Below, piece by piece: positions 41,501 to 56,500 of a stretch of 64,000 nt of DNA (position 1 is the stretch's first letter; each line of letters starts with the position of its first letter). A model generated the notes under the pieces. It searched no databases. It had not been told where the DNA came from and was given only the letters and a program-made list of their open reading frames with translations. The stretch is from Yuukianura sp. NJ FZ-2021. Taxonomy: Eukaryota. The translations under genes and the position numbers were made by a program. The stretch lies in the NCBI GenBank assembly GCA_046563655.1, contig CM102286.1, forward strand, positions 5,704,001-5,768,000, in the 5' to 3' direction.

Positions 41501-44500
41501 GGCTCAGCGGTCAAAGGTTAGGAGCAGCTCTAAGGTTAGCCGCTTTAGGTTAGGCTAGGTTAAACCTTTACAATGGAACCTCTCCGATTTGTAACTGATC
41601 AAGAATCACACAGCTTCACTAACGCTTTTTACCACGTTTCTTTTGAATTTCCTGGCGGGGGCTCCTCTGATCAAATCTGATGTTGGGGTTGAAACATATT
41701 TTTTGTTGAGGGTTTTTACCATAATAACAAAAGAAAGAGATGCACAATACGTACTTTCTTGGCCGAGTTTCTTATGAAGATGATGACATCTTTCGTGAGA
41801 GATGGCCCTGCACAATATTTTGAAATAAAAAGATTCAACATGTAAAACTGTATTCCAAGAAAAAATACATGTAATGTGTATATATAAAGTGTAATGTAGG
41901 TAAATTCCCACCCTCACATCTCAAACTGAAACTGAATAGGTTCCACCCTCACGTAGTACATACCCTAATACCCGAATCTCGATGATGCCAGGGTATCATG
42001 TAACCTTTGTGAAATTACATATGGACATACAACAAAAGCTCACCAGTAATAATCGTAGCAAAGACCTTGAGAACAAGTGTGGGAAATATCATGATCGAAG
42101 GCGTAGGGGGATCCCTTTGTAGACAATTTAATATAAAAAAAATTTACCCGGTCCTGGGAGTTGAAGACGCTCTTCACTTTTTTTCTCCCTTCATTTTACC
42201 ATACTGTTCATCCCTCGTTATTTTTCCCCTATTTTGATTGGTAGCACGCCATTACTCCGAATGAATTGCTCCGAAGCGCAATGCTACGAATGAATTGCTA
42301 CGAATCCATTTGCTCCGAAAGGCATTTTGCTCCGAATGATACTTTGCTCCGAAACAGCAATGCCTCGAAACCAATTGCTCCGAAAGATTATTTACTACGA
42401 AAGGTTATTTTCTCCGAAAGATTATTTTCTCCGAAAGCTTATTTTCTCCAAAAGATTATTGGGTGAATTGCAGTTATCCGTCCAGAGTTGAAAAGTGAAG
42501 TATTTCAATGGAAGTATTTCAATGAAGCCAGGAGGAGGAAAGTATTTCAATGAAATACTGAAATGGGTGATTTCGCCTTTATGGTCCCGCGCCGAAGGCG
42601 CGGTGTTAGGTTTTTTAAAGTTCTCAATACTGATAACGTCTCGAGGATTAGTGAAGTGAGCAAACCCTAACCAGACCCAAGTAGAAACCCAATTAACAGT
42701 AACCTAAGAATAATTTTTCGGAGAAAATAATCTTTCGGAGAAAATAATCTTTCGGAGAAAATAATCTTTCGGAGCAGTGTACCATTCGGAGCAACTTGTT
42801 TCGGGGCAATCCTGTTTCGGAGCAAAGTACCATTCGGAGCAAAGTGCCTTTCGGAGCAAATGGTTTCGTAGCAATTCATTCGTAGCATTGCGCTTCGGAC
42901 CAATTCATTCGGAGCAGTGGCATGGAACCATTTTGATTCACTTTTTTTTAAAAAACCTACCCCCATGGCAAACAACGTATCCCTCAGCAGTGCTATTATT
43001 CACCCTAGCTTTCCAGATTTCATAACTGAATCCGTGTTGTCCTATCCTCATTTTCGTCACAATTTAAAAAAACTGTGTCAATTCTATTCAAAATTCATGG
43101 AATATTAAAACCCAAGGACATTTTGATTTGTAAGCTTCCATCAAAGCGATAAAAAAGCTTCCCGCTTACACAACCTACTTGATCCCAAAAATCAAATCAA
43201 TAACCAAAAAGTGTTCAAATCATGCAGAATAATTGATTAAAAAGTTAGTGTGTAAGTTATAAAAATAAAAACCGCTGACCGAATTTTTACTTGGAAATTG
43301 ACAAAGGTGTAACCCTTCATTACTCCCAACTTTGCGTTTAAAGCGAAACTGGCTCTTTTTTAATGCCAACTCATCAAATTCAGAGTAATTACAATAATAA
43401 GCGTAGCGAATGTACCATTGTGTCCACATTGCGGTAGGTACCGAATCCAATGACTTGCCTACCTCATAGTTCCATCATCCCTGATTGAATCTCGGAACAA
43501 AATCTTTTGTGCGTTCCGACACCTCTGACTGATGCTCTCAAAACCCCTTGTTCCACAAACTACAATGTGAGAATTAGCCATGCTGTGTTGAATCCACTGA
43601 GGTCCAATTATCGATAACCTTTAGCTCTGTATTCAACAATACTAAAGGGAAGAAGATGACACAGCAAGAGAGCATCTTTGAAAGTGATCTTAAAAAAGTC
43701 ATAGTTGGATATGTTTTATTCATTAGGATCCATCCCCTCCCCAATCCTGTATAATTTACCCCCGTCGTCACACGATCTCGGGGTTGGTAGTTCTGACTTT
43801 CGATGTGTCAAAGCCCTCCAACGTTTAAAAACGCATTCATAAATGTCGTTACCTACTAAAGCAATTTGAACTCCTAAATTTTTTCGGATTTTTTTTTTGA
43901 AAAATCGAAAATACCGGGTACCAAAATTTTCCCTAGCAAAATTGCAACAATCTGCCAAAACTTGTCAATTTTTCAGACAAAAGCACCTCCTAATATTAAA
44001 ATTTAAAAAAATGCTTACAAAGGTACTACTTTTTTTTCCTACTCCCAATCCTTCCTATTGCTAATGACGGACAAATACGACGGCGACGGCGAAGAGGCTA
44101 ACATCAACAGAAAATCTAAACTTCTAAACAGGACAACGAACGGAATAAATTTAAAACCAAAATTTGTTTACGCATAAATGACAATACTGTAACAGGATAA
44201 TCTGCTATCAACGGTCGAATCTCATCAATTCATCAAGTGAGACATTGTCACTAAACTCCCAATATGGACGCGTCAAGAGTTGTCACAACAAAATCCTGTC
44301 CTTAACAAAGTACCCACCATGTCTAAACATTCGACTGACCAGGAAAACGCGATGGCTTCAAACTGATAATTTCATAAGATTTTCAGATCATAAGAAGTAG
44401 AACTTAGAATTTTCAAAAACAAATTCCACTTTACAAATTTCCTACTAAACATCCCACACCCTTTCACTCTATTTCTTCATTTGTACAATGGTTACAGCCT

Positions 44501-47500
44501 TTGCTCAAATTTCAAGTTGAAATTTTCAACCCTTGTAAGGCCCTATACATGAATCAGATCCAAATTGAGATATGTTTTGTCACTTGAATCACTTGGAATT
44601 GGACACAAAGTATATAAAAGTAAGACTTTGAGCCTCAATAGACAACTTCCTCATTAACCTCTGAATGTACTAGCCGAATTTCATTGAAATAATCGGTTCC
44701 AATTACACGATTACAACACTCTCTTGTGCGCCTAACCTCCTCACATTTCACTTTCCAATGTGATTGTCATCCCCCTCTACATTTCTCTGACCATCATTTC
44801 ACTTGTGCTAAATTCTGTATGATTGTGATTCTGCGTCATTCATAATCATATTCAATTTAGGATCATTTTCACAAAGGTTTTTCAATTGTTGAATCAAAGG
44901 ACCTGTTGATTGTGATTAATTGCTTTGCAGGGCTCTTCTCTCTACGACTCCACCAGAATATTGAATCGTATTCATTGAAATAGATTTGCATTTCCTGCTA
45001 CACAGCTACTCGTCTTCAGATTTAGCCCAGAGGTCATTCCCATAACTCAACATTCAACTCACGCAAACCACTTCGTTCCACCTACCACTTACTACTGTGA
45101 ACTCTGACTCATGCAAAAGAGAAATCATCCTGATTTCATCTGTACTACACCTTGCATATCGCGACAAAATCTTCTATGCTCCTCCCATAACTCAAGTGTG
45201 GCACGTAGACGTTTTTGTTACTTATTGACAAAACTGGTGGAGATTTCAAAACAAATCTTGTTGCAAATGAAAAGTTTGCAAACAAATTCTTTAGAAAACA
45301 AACTGCTCTAAAGTTATGTTCTGTTTTAAACTTTAAAGGAAATCCTTGGTTGCTAAACTCCTCGAAACGAAATTTCCCTCGGTGAACTAAATTTCAATTG
45401 TACCAATAGCATTGAAGCATATGTTGCTAGAACGTTCCGCGCATTCAAAAAACTTTGAATCGTAGTGTAAGATGAAGTTTGACGCAGTTTTAAAAAGTTC
45501 TCACAACTTTCCGAATGATGAACATCATTCATTTGCCAGCATTTTGCTATATCATATCTGCCACGTCATTCGAAGTTGGCGCTACCATCTAGGATCAGTG
45601 ACTGCTTAACATGGTAATACTGCGCCTGCGCATTGTATTTAAGCTAGCAAATTTCTTACCAAGTGAGCTGGAGCTCTCAGGGTCAGAGAGGTCAGAGAGT
45701 GAGGGTACTTTTTGAATGCTGCAGGGCCTTTTGCCGCTTCTTCCTCCCGAGTAGTAGTGACCCTGAAGTGCTGACCCTGGGCGCGAAGGGCTCAGGAACT
45801 CCTCATCAAGTTTCTCTTCTTTTATGATCACTCCTCTGTGAAAATGTACCCCAAGTGATGAGGACTTATGGGAATTCTTTAATTGGCCTTTGGAAACCTA
45901 CACAGAGACACAGTTAAAAACAAATTTTAGTTTCTATTATTATCCACCCATAAATGTTCAAGTATGGAAGCCATGCGACAATGTTACGCAAGCAAAACCA
46001 GCCAAAAGGTGTCATGTACAAAAACTGCAAAAGCTAAAAATCTCTTTGACGGTGACCAAATTTACTTTTTGGCGCTCTTTTACAATTTTAAGAAGCGTGA
46101 AACACTTCCAAAATGGAATGTGGAGATAGCAGGCCAGTGCTAGTGATTTCCAGGTGTTGACTCTCTTCATAAACAAATCTAGTTACAGAAAACTTAAAAA
46201 AGAAAAAGGAAAACTAGCCTTGCAAAAGTCATTCGCTTTTGCCAAAACAAGCAAATGGTTTAAGCTTTTAAAAGAAAACGTCGTTTGTGGTTCTTCTCCA
46301 ATTTCAATTTCATGGACATAAAAAAATGTGCTTGGCGGTGTCCTTTATGAAGAATTGAAAGAAATTTGTGCAAGTTGCTGACTCTTAAACATCACATCTC
46401 TGTCACACACAAATATCGTTAACTTTAAGATCGTCATAAAGTCAAAAGATGTAAAGGATTACCCCCCACACGGTTCTTGAGCATTATTCAACAAGTACTT
46501 GGCATGAGTCTATGCTTTCCAATTGCCCAGCAACTCAATCCAGAACCAGATCTGCTTTCGTGGATCGTGTCAATAGAGTTCAAATATTCACTGAATATTT
46601 CTCCGTTTCAAAAAAGAACAATGACGATGACAACGCACACTGACTTGGAATCCCAGCAGATAATAGATGCAAGATGATCTTCAAAGGCTGCGCATATATG
46701 TTCTCCATTCGCGTGTCCTCTATTTGATCATCATTGTCAACCACTTAAGAAATTTTCAAACTTAAACAAAATCAAACTTTCCATTTAAATATTTACATGA
46801 AGTCACTCGGCCGTTTAAATTTCCAAAAGCCTTGGACCACAAACTCCACGAAAAATGTTTACTCTATCCAAATCTCTGCCAGTTGAAAGATGGACGCGAA
46901 ACTGTTAAAAAACGGACAGAGAATTTTTTTTTGTAAAGATCAGCTAGCGTTGTTTTTTTTTCTGCCAAGCTTTTTCAGCTAGCGTCTTCAAAAACTTGTA
47001 AAAGAGCTCCTGTTGCTGTCACTTTTCAATAAATACAATTTTTTGACAGAGTTTACCAACCCTTTTATACTGAAATCTTATGACAGCAGCAGTCCCAGCA
47101 TCTTCACATCTTCACCTTCCAGTGAAAACTGGTAACTTTATTTAAGTCAATTTGATTACCCAGAAAAGAAATCAGATCAAAATCTCTGCTTTTGCAAGAA
47201 AAAAAGCTGCCTGAACTCTGTGAATTGCCCTTTCAAACTCTCCGAATATTTTGAGTCGGCAGAGTATAAACATGCTCAAAAAAATCCAAAAATTTTCCTT
47301 CAAATTGAACAAATTCAAAGTTGATGGATAAACATTTATGAAAAAGTGCTGATTCAATCATTATGGGAAATTACTTTGAAAAACTCCATCTTCGATGTCC
47401 CCTTTAGCTTTACTACTTGTTCGATAAGTTCAATTTTGAGAATCCAATCCTTATTGAAAAAGAAAAATAAAAATTGAGTTAGTGTTAACACTACGAATCA

Positions 47501-50500
47501 AATAAAAAAACTCATTGATTAAGCTTAAATCAATTACGTCAAATACACTTTTCTGCTTACGCTTCTTTCAAAACGGTTCATTTCCTCTGCCAAAAGACTT
47601 TTCACCCCAGCAATTGACTAGTTAACATGTCAAGTTGAAAGTTGAAAAAATCAAATCATTTCCTATTAATCACACCGATTCGAATACTTTTTTTTCAAAA
47701 GCACCAAAAAAGCTACTAAGGTAGAGCATCGGGAAGTGCAAAACATGAAGAAATTTTTTTTTCAGAAAGAAAGACATGTTTCAGAAAAAAAAATATATTA
47801 TGATTGGAAAGAGAAAATTGAAAATGAAAAACGCATGAGACTTTCAGACTTTTCAGTTTAAAAACAGAATCTAATCTAGTGACAAATTTTTTCAACTTTA
47901 TATTTTGACGCCTTCAAATTCAATATTTCGCATAACTAGAAATGAATTTGTCCTTTTTTTTTATAAAACATTGTGACTCCGAATAGGGACTATTCTCCCT
48001 CTCTCAAAATCAAGATTATTGGATTCACATTTCGTTTTCATGTACAACCCAAACAGCCAAACTTATTACTCGAAGCATCTCTACGGAAGAATCTGAAAAA
48101 TCAGAGGAATAGCATGACCAGAAGAAAATAACAATTTGGACAGGTACACACAAATAAATGCCAATAAACTTCTGTCAGACTGCGTCAGAACATTGATTTT
48201 CCTTGTACATACAACAGATTCTTCCCCGAAATTCTTCCTCCCTATAACCAAAAAAAAAATGGAAAATTCTGAAAAAACTGACTTTTGTGTGACTTGTGTG
48301 ACACACTTGAAGTCGACGTTTGGGTGATGCATAAAAGGAACCGAGCGGAGATCCGTCAAGGAAAAGATCACTTCCATTCATTCCTCCCGTGCAAATATTT
48401 ACTCTTGTTTGACTTACAAGGAACTTTTAAACACCAAAAATAATATTTAAAATGAGCATCTCTCCTGACTGGTGCTCTGTACACACAATGAGGTTGAATG
48501 GTGAAATATTCAGAACAAGAGTGAAAGCATTTCCTCCCGCAAGTAACAAAACCATGTTCTTCTTCCTACTTTTCCAACCAGACTTTTACACCCACTCTTA
48601 TATTCTTCCTTCCGTTCAGCGGAACAAACGCCTTTACTATGTTTTCCTAAGCGTTTACACAAAGTTCATTCATAGAAAAACTGTGAATCACGGTCGCACA
48701 ACGGTGTACGCATCCTCGTATGTTCAAAAATCCGAATGAATCAGTTTCAAAAGTACTCAAAATGTTGTCATCATGAGGTTTAAAAAAACATAAAAGTTTA
48801 ATCTAAAAGCCCCTTTTCTAAAAATGAAAAACAAAAAATAGAAAAAAGTCTAAAACGGAAGGATTTTTGACTGAATTCAAAATTAAAGCGACGACAAGCA
48901 ACATCGAAAGAGTAAAAAATATACTGGAAGAACTTTTTACATTGATTGTATTGCTTTATATCCCAAAAATTGGAAGCGTTGAAAATATAATTTGGCAAAT
49001 TATGTCGCCTCATGCCCAAAACATGTGCATGATATCAGCATCAACACTGCACGAGAAAAGTATCAACAGCATACTTTGTCCAAATTGACACAGATGAATA
49101 TGGTTCCTACAAGCACCGTAATGGTCACCACTCACCAACCAGTCGTCACTCCAATATAGTCACTCCTCATACTGTCGAATATGTCGTTCCCAAAACAAAA
49201 AGCAGCACCAAAATCGAAAACTGAGCTGTGACATATTTTTCTCCTTGGATCCAATTACATCTCTCCCTAACTTGTCTCTTCTGCTTTTTCTCATAAAGTC
49301 TCATTATTATTAGACATTCCCCGGGTTTTCTATCCCAATTAATCTAAAAGAAGCGTCATCTCAGACCAATGCACAAAAAATCTTTGAAAAAGACACACAA
49401 TAGACCAAAACTAAATCCCAAGTCATGTTTTGTTCAACTGTTTATCCAAGGTCCTTTCCCTCTATTCACACAGTCCAGAAACTGTAGTCATTTCAGTCGG
49501 TCTCCATATGGTCCTTGTTCTTTTAGACACAAAAACAAAGCGACTTTTACAACCAACCGATACGGGTAAAACCCAAAATGGTTACCCAAACAAAGACGGC
49601 TTTAACAGGTCCATTCCGTCTCCACAAAAACAGGACCATTTTTTCTGAAACTTAATAATCCAAAGTAAAGACAAGTTACTATGTAAAGTATTATAACCTA
49701 ACCTATCATTAAAATAAATAAGGTTAAATTGAAATACGATTCTTACATCGGGAGTAAGAGTGGACAGAATAAGAACAACAACATTGATCCATGGGAAAAA
49801 CATATGTATCCTTCATGTATTCCATTGATGGAGTTCTTTTTAATGTTGACCACTTTGAAACAAAATACCGTATTTTCTCGCAGATAAGCCGCTCTCGCGC
49901 ATAAGCCGCAGTCTCAAAACCACATATAGATATGAGAGCGGGAAAAACTCGAGTTTTTCACTTTGATTACCACTTTTAGACGTATTATTAGATTATTAGA
50001 GACGTCACTCTGGTTACCACTGGATCTGAGAAGAAAAGTTTTACCGTCGTTCTGGCTGTCAGTGCTGAAGGGGAGAAATTAATTCCCATGGTCATTTTTA
50101 AAAGAAAGACGATTCCAAAAAAGGACTTTCCGTCCGGAATTCTGGTTCGTGCAAAAGAAAAGGGTTGGATAAATGGAGACGTGATGGATGACTGGATGAC
50201 GAACGTTTTCAATCGACGCACCTCGGCATTTTTCAAAAAACCAAAAAAAGAAGAGACGCTCCTCATTTACGATGCCTGTACCGCACATCTAACACCAGAA
50301 GTGAAGAATGTTGTCCAACGGTACACTGAGCTGGCGGTGATTCCTGGAGGATTAACAAAGTTTCTACAACCACTTGACCTGTCCATTAACAAATCGTTCA
50401 AAAGCAAACTCCGAAATTACTGGGATGAATGGATTGTCAAGGCGTGGAAAGAGATCAGTGTTCCCATCATCAAAAATGGATTCGACAAGGCTGGACTACA

Positions 50501-53500
50501 CAGCTACGGAGAAGAAAACGAATCAGAAAAAGAAGAAGAATTTGATCACGATTCAGATTCCGACTTAGAAATGGAGCAAGCACCAATGGAAATCGATGAA
50601 GACTCCGATGATGAAATGTTGGGAGACCTGTTCGACGGATTTAATGAGTTAGCACTAGATTAATATGTTTAGTGTAGTCTTAGATGGCCTCAAAACACTT
50701 TCAGACATTATTAAAAATGCTTTTTCACGAATTTCCAAAAAAAAAAAAAATTCCCTCATTCCAAATTTTCTGAAATTTCACAGATAAGCCGCGGCTTATC
50801 TGCGAGAAAATACGGTAATTTCAAACACAAAAGTTTTGTAGTATTTTTAAAACAAATTCAAAAATACTGTTTCAGCAACTAATGCTCTTTTGGTTCCACG
50901 AAATTATGGTGTCAACCATTTATATCACCACTAAAAAGTAAACGAAACAGAAAATTTATATTTTTTTGGCAAACGCTGCAGCTCCAACCCATTTCCCCGA
51001 ATGAATTTCGTCGAACTCAATTACCACGAAAGGCGACTTACATTGGAAAGTGAATTACGTTGAAAAATAGTTGTTAAAACAGAAAAGCCTATCTTAGCCA
51101 ATCTTAACCTAATCTCGTGGTATTTCGTAGTTATTCGTTTCGGAGAAATTCATTCGGTGAAAATGCTCCGTGGTAATTCATTAATTAAATGAAATGGCGT
51201 CCTCCCACGCCTGCAACAGTTGAAAAAGAAAAGCCATACCCGTTTTAGTATTTTCAGAAATAAAATTTGAAACAAAAACATTTTGAAACAACCAAAAGTA
51301 CAATTTGTGTGCACAGGTCTAACCTTGTATCCAGGTGGGAATCGGCTGAACATTGTTTTTGGAAAACGGCCACAAATTTTGCACAAGTGACCTTTGCCAC
51401 TCACCTCTTCAACATTGCAGTCTTTCAACAAAACTAAAACTCAGCATGTCGATGTTCAAAAAACGTCATTTATCTTAAAAATGTTTCTGACAACAATATC
51501 CAGTACACCATTTCGTAGAGGTAGGAGTACCATGTATTTAGCGTTTATGTAACACGCGCAAATACATTATAACTCGACTATTTCTCTGTTACACAGATTT
51601 TTTGTAGCACTTCGCTGAAACCGTGAAGAAAAACCCTAATGTACTTTATAATTTTTGCAAATGATACTAAAAATTTGGTTCAGTTTGCAAAAAACGATGA
51701 ACGCCACTCCACTGGGGCAGATGAAATTTAAGTGAGAGAAGATCCAGAAAGTGCGAATGTGAAAGAGAATGATTTGGCATGCAATTTCTGGTGGTTAAGG
51801 TATTCAATTCATACTGATCAAATATTCATTGTCCACAAACTGGAGCTGGATTTGAAAATCAAGACAAGCTTACACGCTACATCTTCTAAAAAAAACTGCA
51901 CCTCGCTCTACAAACCTACCACCACCCTGCTGTAAGTTATTCTAAACTCCAAGGGCTTTTTTAGCTTACACGACGCATTTACTTTGTAATACAGAAGAAG
52001 AAGATTATTTGATTGAACTCTAAGTGTTGCTGAGCCAAACAATAAATAAAATATAACTCTCCAGCAGTAGTTGTTTGGCATTAAATAAATTTCTTCTGCT
52101 TTGAAATTAGATGACAATGCCAACAACATAGCAAATTATAATAAACAACATGGTAATCATTTGTTCCACAAAACTACGCGTGCAGACCTTTGTCTTCTTT
52201 CAGTTCGACAAATCTCCATGACATATACATTGTACAGTACGCGATCCAAAGACCTCTTCGTGCACTAAATTTCATAAGAGCACTAGGCTTCCTCGGACAA
52301 TTCACAAGAATAAATGTATAATTTAATCTAACCGCCCAAAAATTTTCAGTCTAAAGCCCACCCTTACATGTTCTTGCTACTTTTCTAAACTGAGTCGGGT
52401 AGTTGAAAGCGTAAAAACAACAAAAACCAACTTGTAATAACAATGTTAAGCAACGCAATTTGCAAAATTAGGCCAACAAAGCAAAATGCGTATGAGACAA
52501 AAACGTTTTAGACAAATTGTCTGCGAAAAACAAAATTCGCACTTACCTTTGGTGACTTCAGTGACATGACCGTCGGACGGACCTTGATTGGCGAGTAAAA
52601 TTCTTGACTTTGTAAGGCACTGTCTAATTCGTACTTTGAAAAGGCTGTATCCAAGTAGTCCATGACAACTTGTACAATTTCTTCATCGGCTTCTGGAGGA
52701 AGTTCACACAAATCCTGTCAAGATAAAAACAAAATGTAAATCAGTTAAATTTTTACTCAGTTTTTGAATCCCACGAGAAAAATTATCTTCTTAACGATAC
52801 TTTTTTAAACTTGGATTTAAAAGAAAACGTTCCATTTAAAGCTTAATTTCCGCGTACCGGGGAGAAAGTTTAGACCTGTTTAACTTCACACTTTCTCCTT
52901 TTTGGCACACTCAGCCACCGTAAATCTTTCTCCACTTTCAATTCAACAGCCAAACAAAATGTTTCAACACAACTAACCTACTTTCAACATTATTTTCTCA
53001 AAGAATTCTAAAAACAAGCGTCTTAAAAATCATGTTACACTGGAAAGAGCAGATCAGCACTCCTGTACGAAACTTAACTTTTCATTGCCAGTACTGCCGC
53101 TGCCCACGCATTCATTCAAAAAAGTTCCAAAAGACAAACTTCGGAGAGTTCATTCATTTAGTACTAAACTTTTCTCCTCCATGTGCTCTCCGTCTGTCTT
53201 CTCTGCTTTTTATAACCGTAACTTCTGAACTGGTTGTTGTAGTTTCTAAAACAAACGACATAAACGCTAAAAACCACTAGCTCACCTATTTCTAATTTCC
53301 AAATTACATTAACCTTAACATTAATCGAACTTAACCTAAAATTTTAATAATTTAAGAAAAGTTGGGTTATGTTAGCCAATATTGCTTACATTTGTGTCTC
53401 ACTCCTGACGGTGAATAAGTAAGTAGCCCCGTGACGTTAACAAAATACGTAAGTGGAGTGAAACAAACCAAATTCCTCGATGATTCAACTCTCAGCGGTT

Positions 53501-56500
53501 TATCCATAAACGTAAAACTTTTGCTTCATAATTACGTTTGCAACTTATACTCACAAATGCCAGTTAAAATAAAATTTTAAATTAAGGTCTCACGCGATTG
53601 TCCAAAATTTAATTTTTCTTGTCCAGAAGTAGGCGGTGCGTCTGATCACAATTTTACAAAAAGTTCTAAACTTTTTTGTCCTCTCTTCAACTTTTTCGTT
53701 GTTTCTTCAACTTTTTTGTCGTTTTGTATTCCGTTACGTACAAGGACGACTGTTACTTCAACTTCAACAGTATCAACAAAAACTAGGTCCAGGTCAACCC
53801 CTTCCTCTGCTGTTGCCAGATCACAAATGCGTAAGAATAAAGAAACGACAGACGCTTTAGAAGAGAAAAGATCTTAAGACGGGCGTTCTGGACATGAATG
53901 GAGAGGGGGAAATTGATCAATGGAACCAAGGGATACTACGAGTACTTACTTCACGTGGCTTGGCTTAGGGCAGTCTCACCACTTACTGCAACTTCTTACG
54001 TTTTAGCCAGGGACCTACAACTTCTGACTCAACCGACTCCTCTAAAGATCAACCTAACAATAAGGATTAGACCAACAGAGTTTGAAACCACAGAACTACC
54101 TCAGAGATTCAGTGGAAATGATCTCAAGGGAAAGTGTGGGAGAGGTAAGTTAAGAAGATGCTGATGAGATATATGAATCTTCTGGATCTGGAAGACCCTC
54201 TGTACAGACCTAGTCATCATCACCTACCTTTGGAGGTAGACCGCAGCGTAAATTAACCTAGAATTTTCATTCCTTTGAGAAATATGACAAAGTCAACAAG
54301 TCCTCCCTCGCTGATGGAAAGTGTGAAGATGAAGATGAGTTTTTTGTTGATGGGATGAGTCCTTAGCTCTCTAAAAATTACCTTCCCTCTCCTAAAGTTC
54401 TTCTAATGACTTTCTTTATCAAGCCCTGCCAAAAACGACGTACTCAAAATACGATTCCATTTTTAAACTTTTTGAAGGCTACCTTTGAACTTTTACGAGG
54501 ACGTAACATGATGGCTGGAACCAAGGTTAACTAATTCCAAGTCATTATATGTAACTTTGCCACCGAAACACGGAATAAACTGTTAAAAAAACACTAACCA
54601 AAATACAACATAACCTACACATAGGTAAAAAAATACCATTCAGTAGAAGAGTAGAACAAAACACTATTATGCTGTTTTGCCGTAAACGCGACTTTTTCAT
54701 TCATAAAACTTATCGGCTTGATTTTTTTATTTTCCAAAAACTGTGCTTCTCAGAAAGTAGAAATTTTAAACTTATTCCATATTGAAAATGGCAGTAAGAA
54801 AAAAATTCATAAGCTTTAATAAACAAAAAAGAATAATAAGTCGTTTCTCTAAAAAATTTGGCGCATATTTTTATAAGCTTTCACAAAGCATTTTCCACGT
54901 TTTGTGACGTAAAAGTGACAAACTGAGTCTTAAATTTAAATAGTCTGAACACAAGTGTAAATTCTTAGAAGCTTCCCATGAAAATTGTCGCAAAATGTTT
55001 CGTTCTGGGTTGTTAGTATTATACAAACTAAAGACAAAATTTTGGGGAAAAAAAATTGATACCCGAGAATTTCAGGTCCCGTTTCACACTTTATACTTAA
55101 AACAAGATCTAGGGAGGCATGGTACCATACATTGTTGCTGTGTAGCCCTACCTAAATTTAAATGACTCATATACGTTAACATTAACCAACTCAAGCTTTC
55201 AACACGAAACGTGTTACAGGAACTTGGCTTCGACAATTTGTCCGGAAGGAGATAGGTGGGCCCTTTGAATTGGCGGAAAGTGGAAGATGACTACTATTAC
55301 TCAAATTGAAATGTTGCCAATCTTCCAATTAGCAAGTGACTTTAGGATTCAAAATATGTCAACCTAACGTGCAATTCAACTCGCTCTATTACAAAATACT
55401 AGTTAGTTAGAATGAGTAATCCTTAATACTCACTTAAATCTACTTCCCTTGTCATTGTCATTTTAGCATTGGTTCCACCTGAGAAAGTTCGGGAGGAAGT
55501 GTGAAGGGCTCTTAATTCCATGGAGTGAGAATGGGATGACATGACATGTCATGGGTAGGACAGTAGCAGGATCCCTACACAGATAAGATGAAGTCCGATA
55601 AATCAGCGGGGGCTCTTATAAGGATCTTTACCTTATGCATCTAACTAATCAACAGGCCCAACCCTCCAACATCCTTCTTTAACAACAAACAGTAAGCCGC
55701 AAACGCCCGTAACAATGAATTCCACTCCCAATCAGCACCATTTAATCCCTGATAGTGTATTGCCAGTTTGAGTATGTTATGTACTTCATATTCTATTGTG
55801 GTATATTATATTTTATACTGTTACTGTCGTATGTTAAGTACATACTGCATACTGTACTTATGCTGTAATATTATAAGAGTAAATTCAAACAACCTTGTAA
55901 TATTTTATACATACTGAATATGGTATTCGTATTGTAATATTATATAAGTACTGAATGTATCATTCGCATTGCATATTAAAAACATACTCGTACTGTACAT
56001 TGTTTACATACTGTATATTAATTTTATGTTGTCTGTTTCTAGAAAATATACGCTATGTTCTGAATCATTGTCGCCAAAAATGTAGCAAACAGCAAACCAC
56101 TCCTACGCGTCATACGCGAAACCTGCAACATATTCACGAAAAAAAATACTAAATATAACAAAAAATCATAATTCATAAAATTTATGTTTCCTCAACTTTA
56201 GCCCCATATGTCACAAAATTCTGCCAACAAAAAATTGTTTCTTTACGTTGATATAAAAATTACAGTAAAAACTTCGGGATTACAGCACAGCGGCAGGAAC
56301 TAAAAACCAAAAAATTAACTGAATCATTTCAGACTAGCGACAGACTATAAAAAAGTGACTGAAAGTTGCCAGATGCAGGAGATGACATACCGGGCGCAGG
56401 TTAAGGACGACTCTAGTCATTTTCTTTGTTACGCCAGATTTGTAAGTCGTTATTAATTGTAAAAGAAAGTCAAGTGGATTGCCTCCAGCCACACGAGATG

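Noticed and set aside
41534..41562. TTAGG-like telomeric repeats
   Set aside because: Only 2-3 imperfect units; not an interstitial telomeric array.
42266..43025. Mirror-image ORFs ([18 protein letters not shown]...)
   Set aside because: Translations of the two inverted arms of the foldback element.
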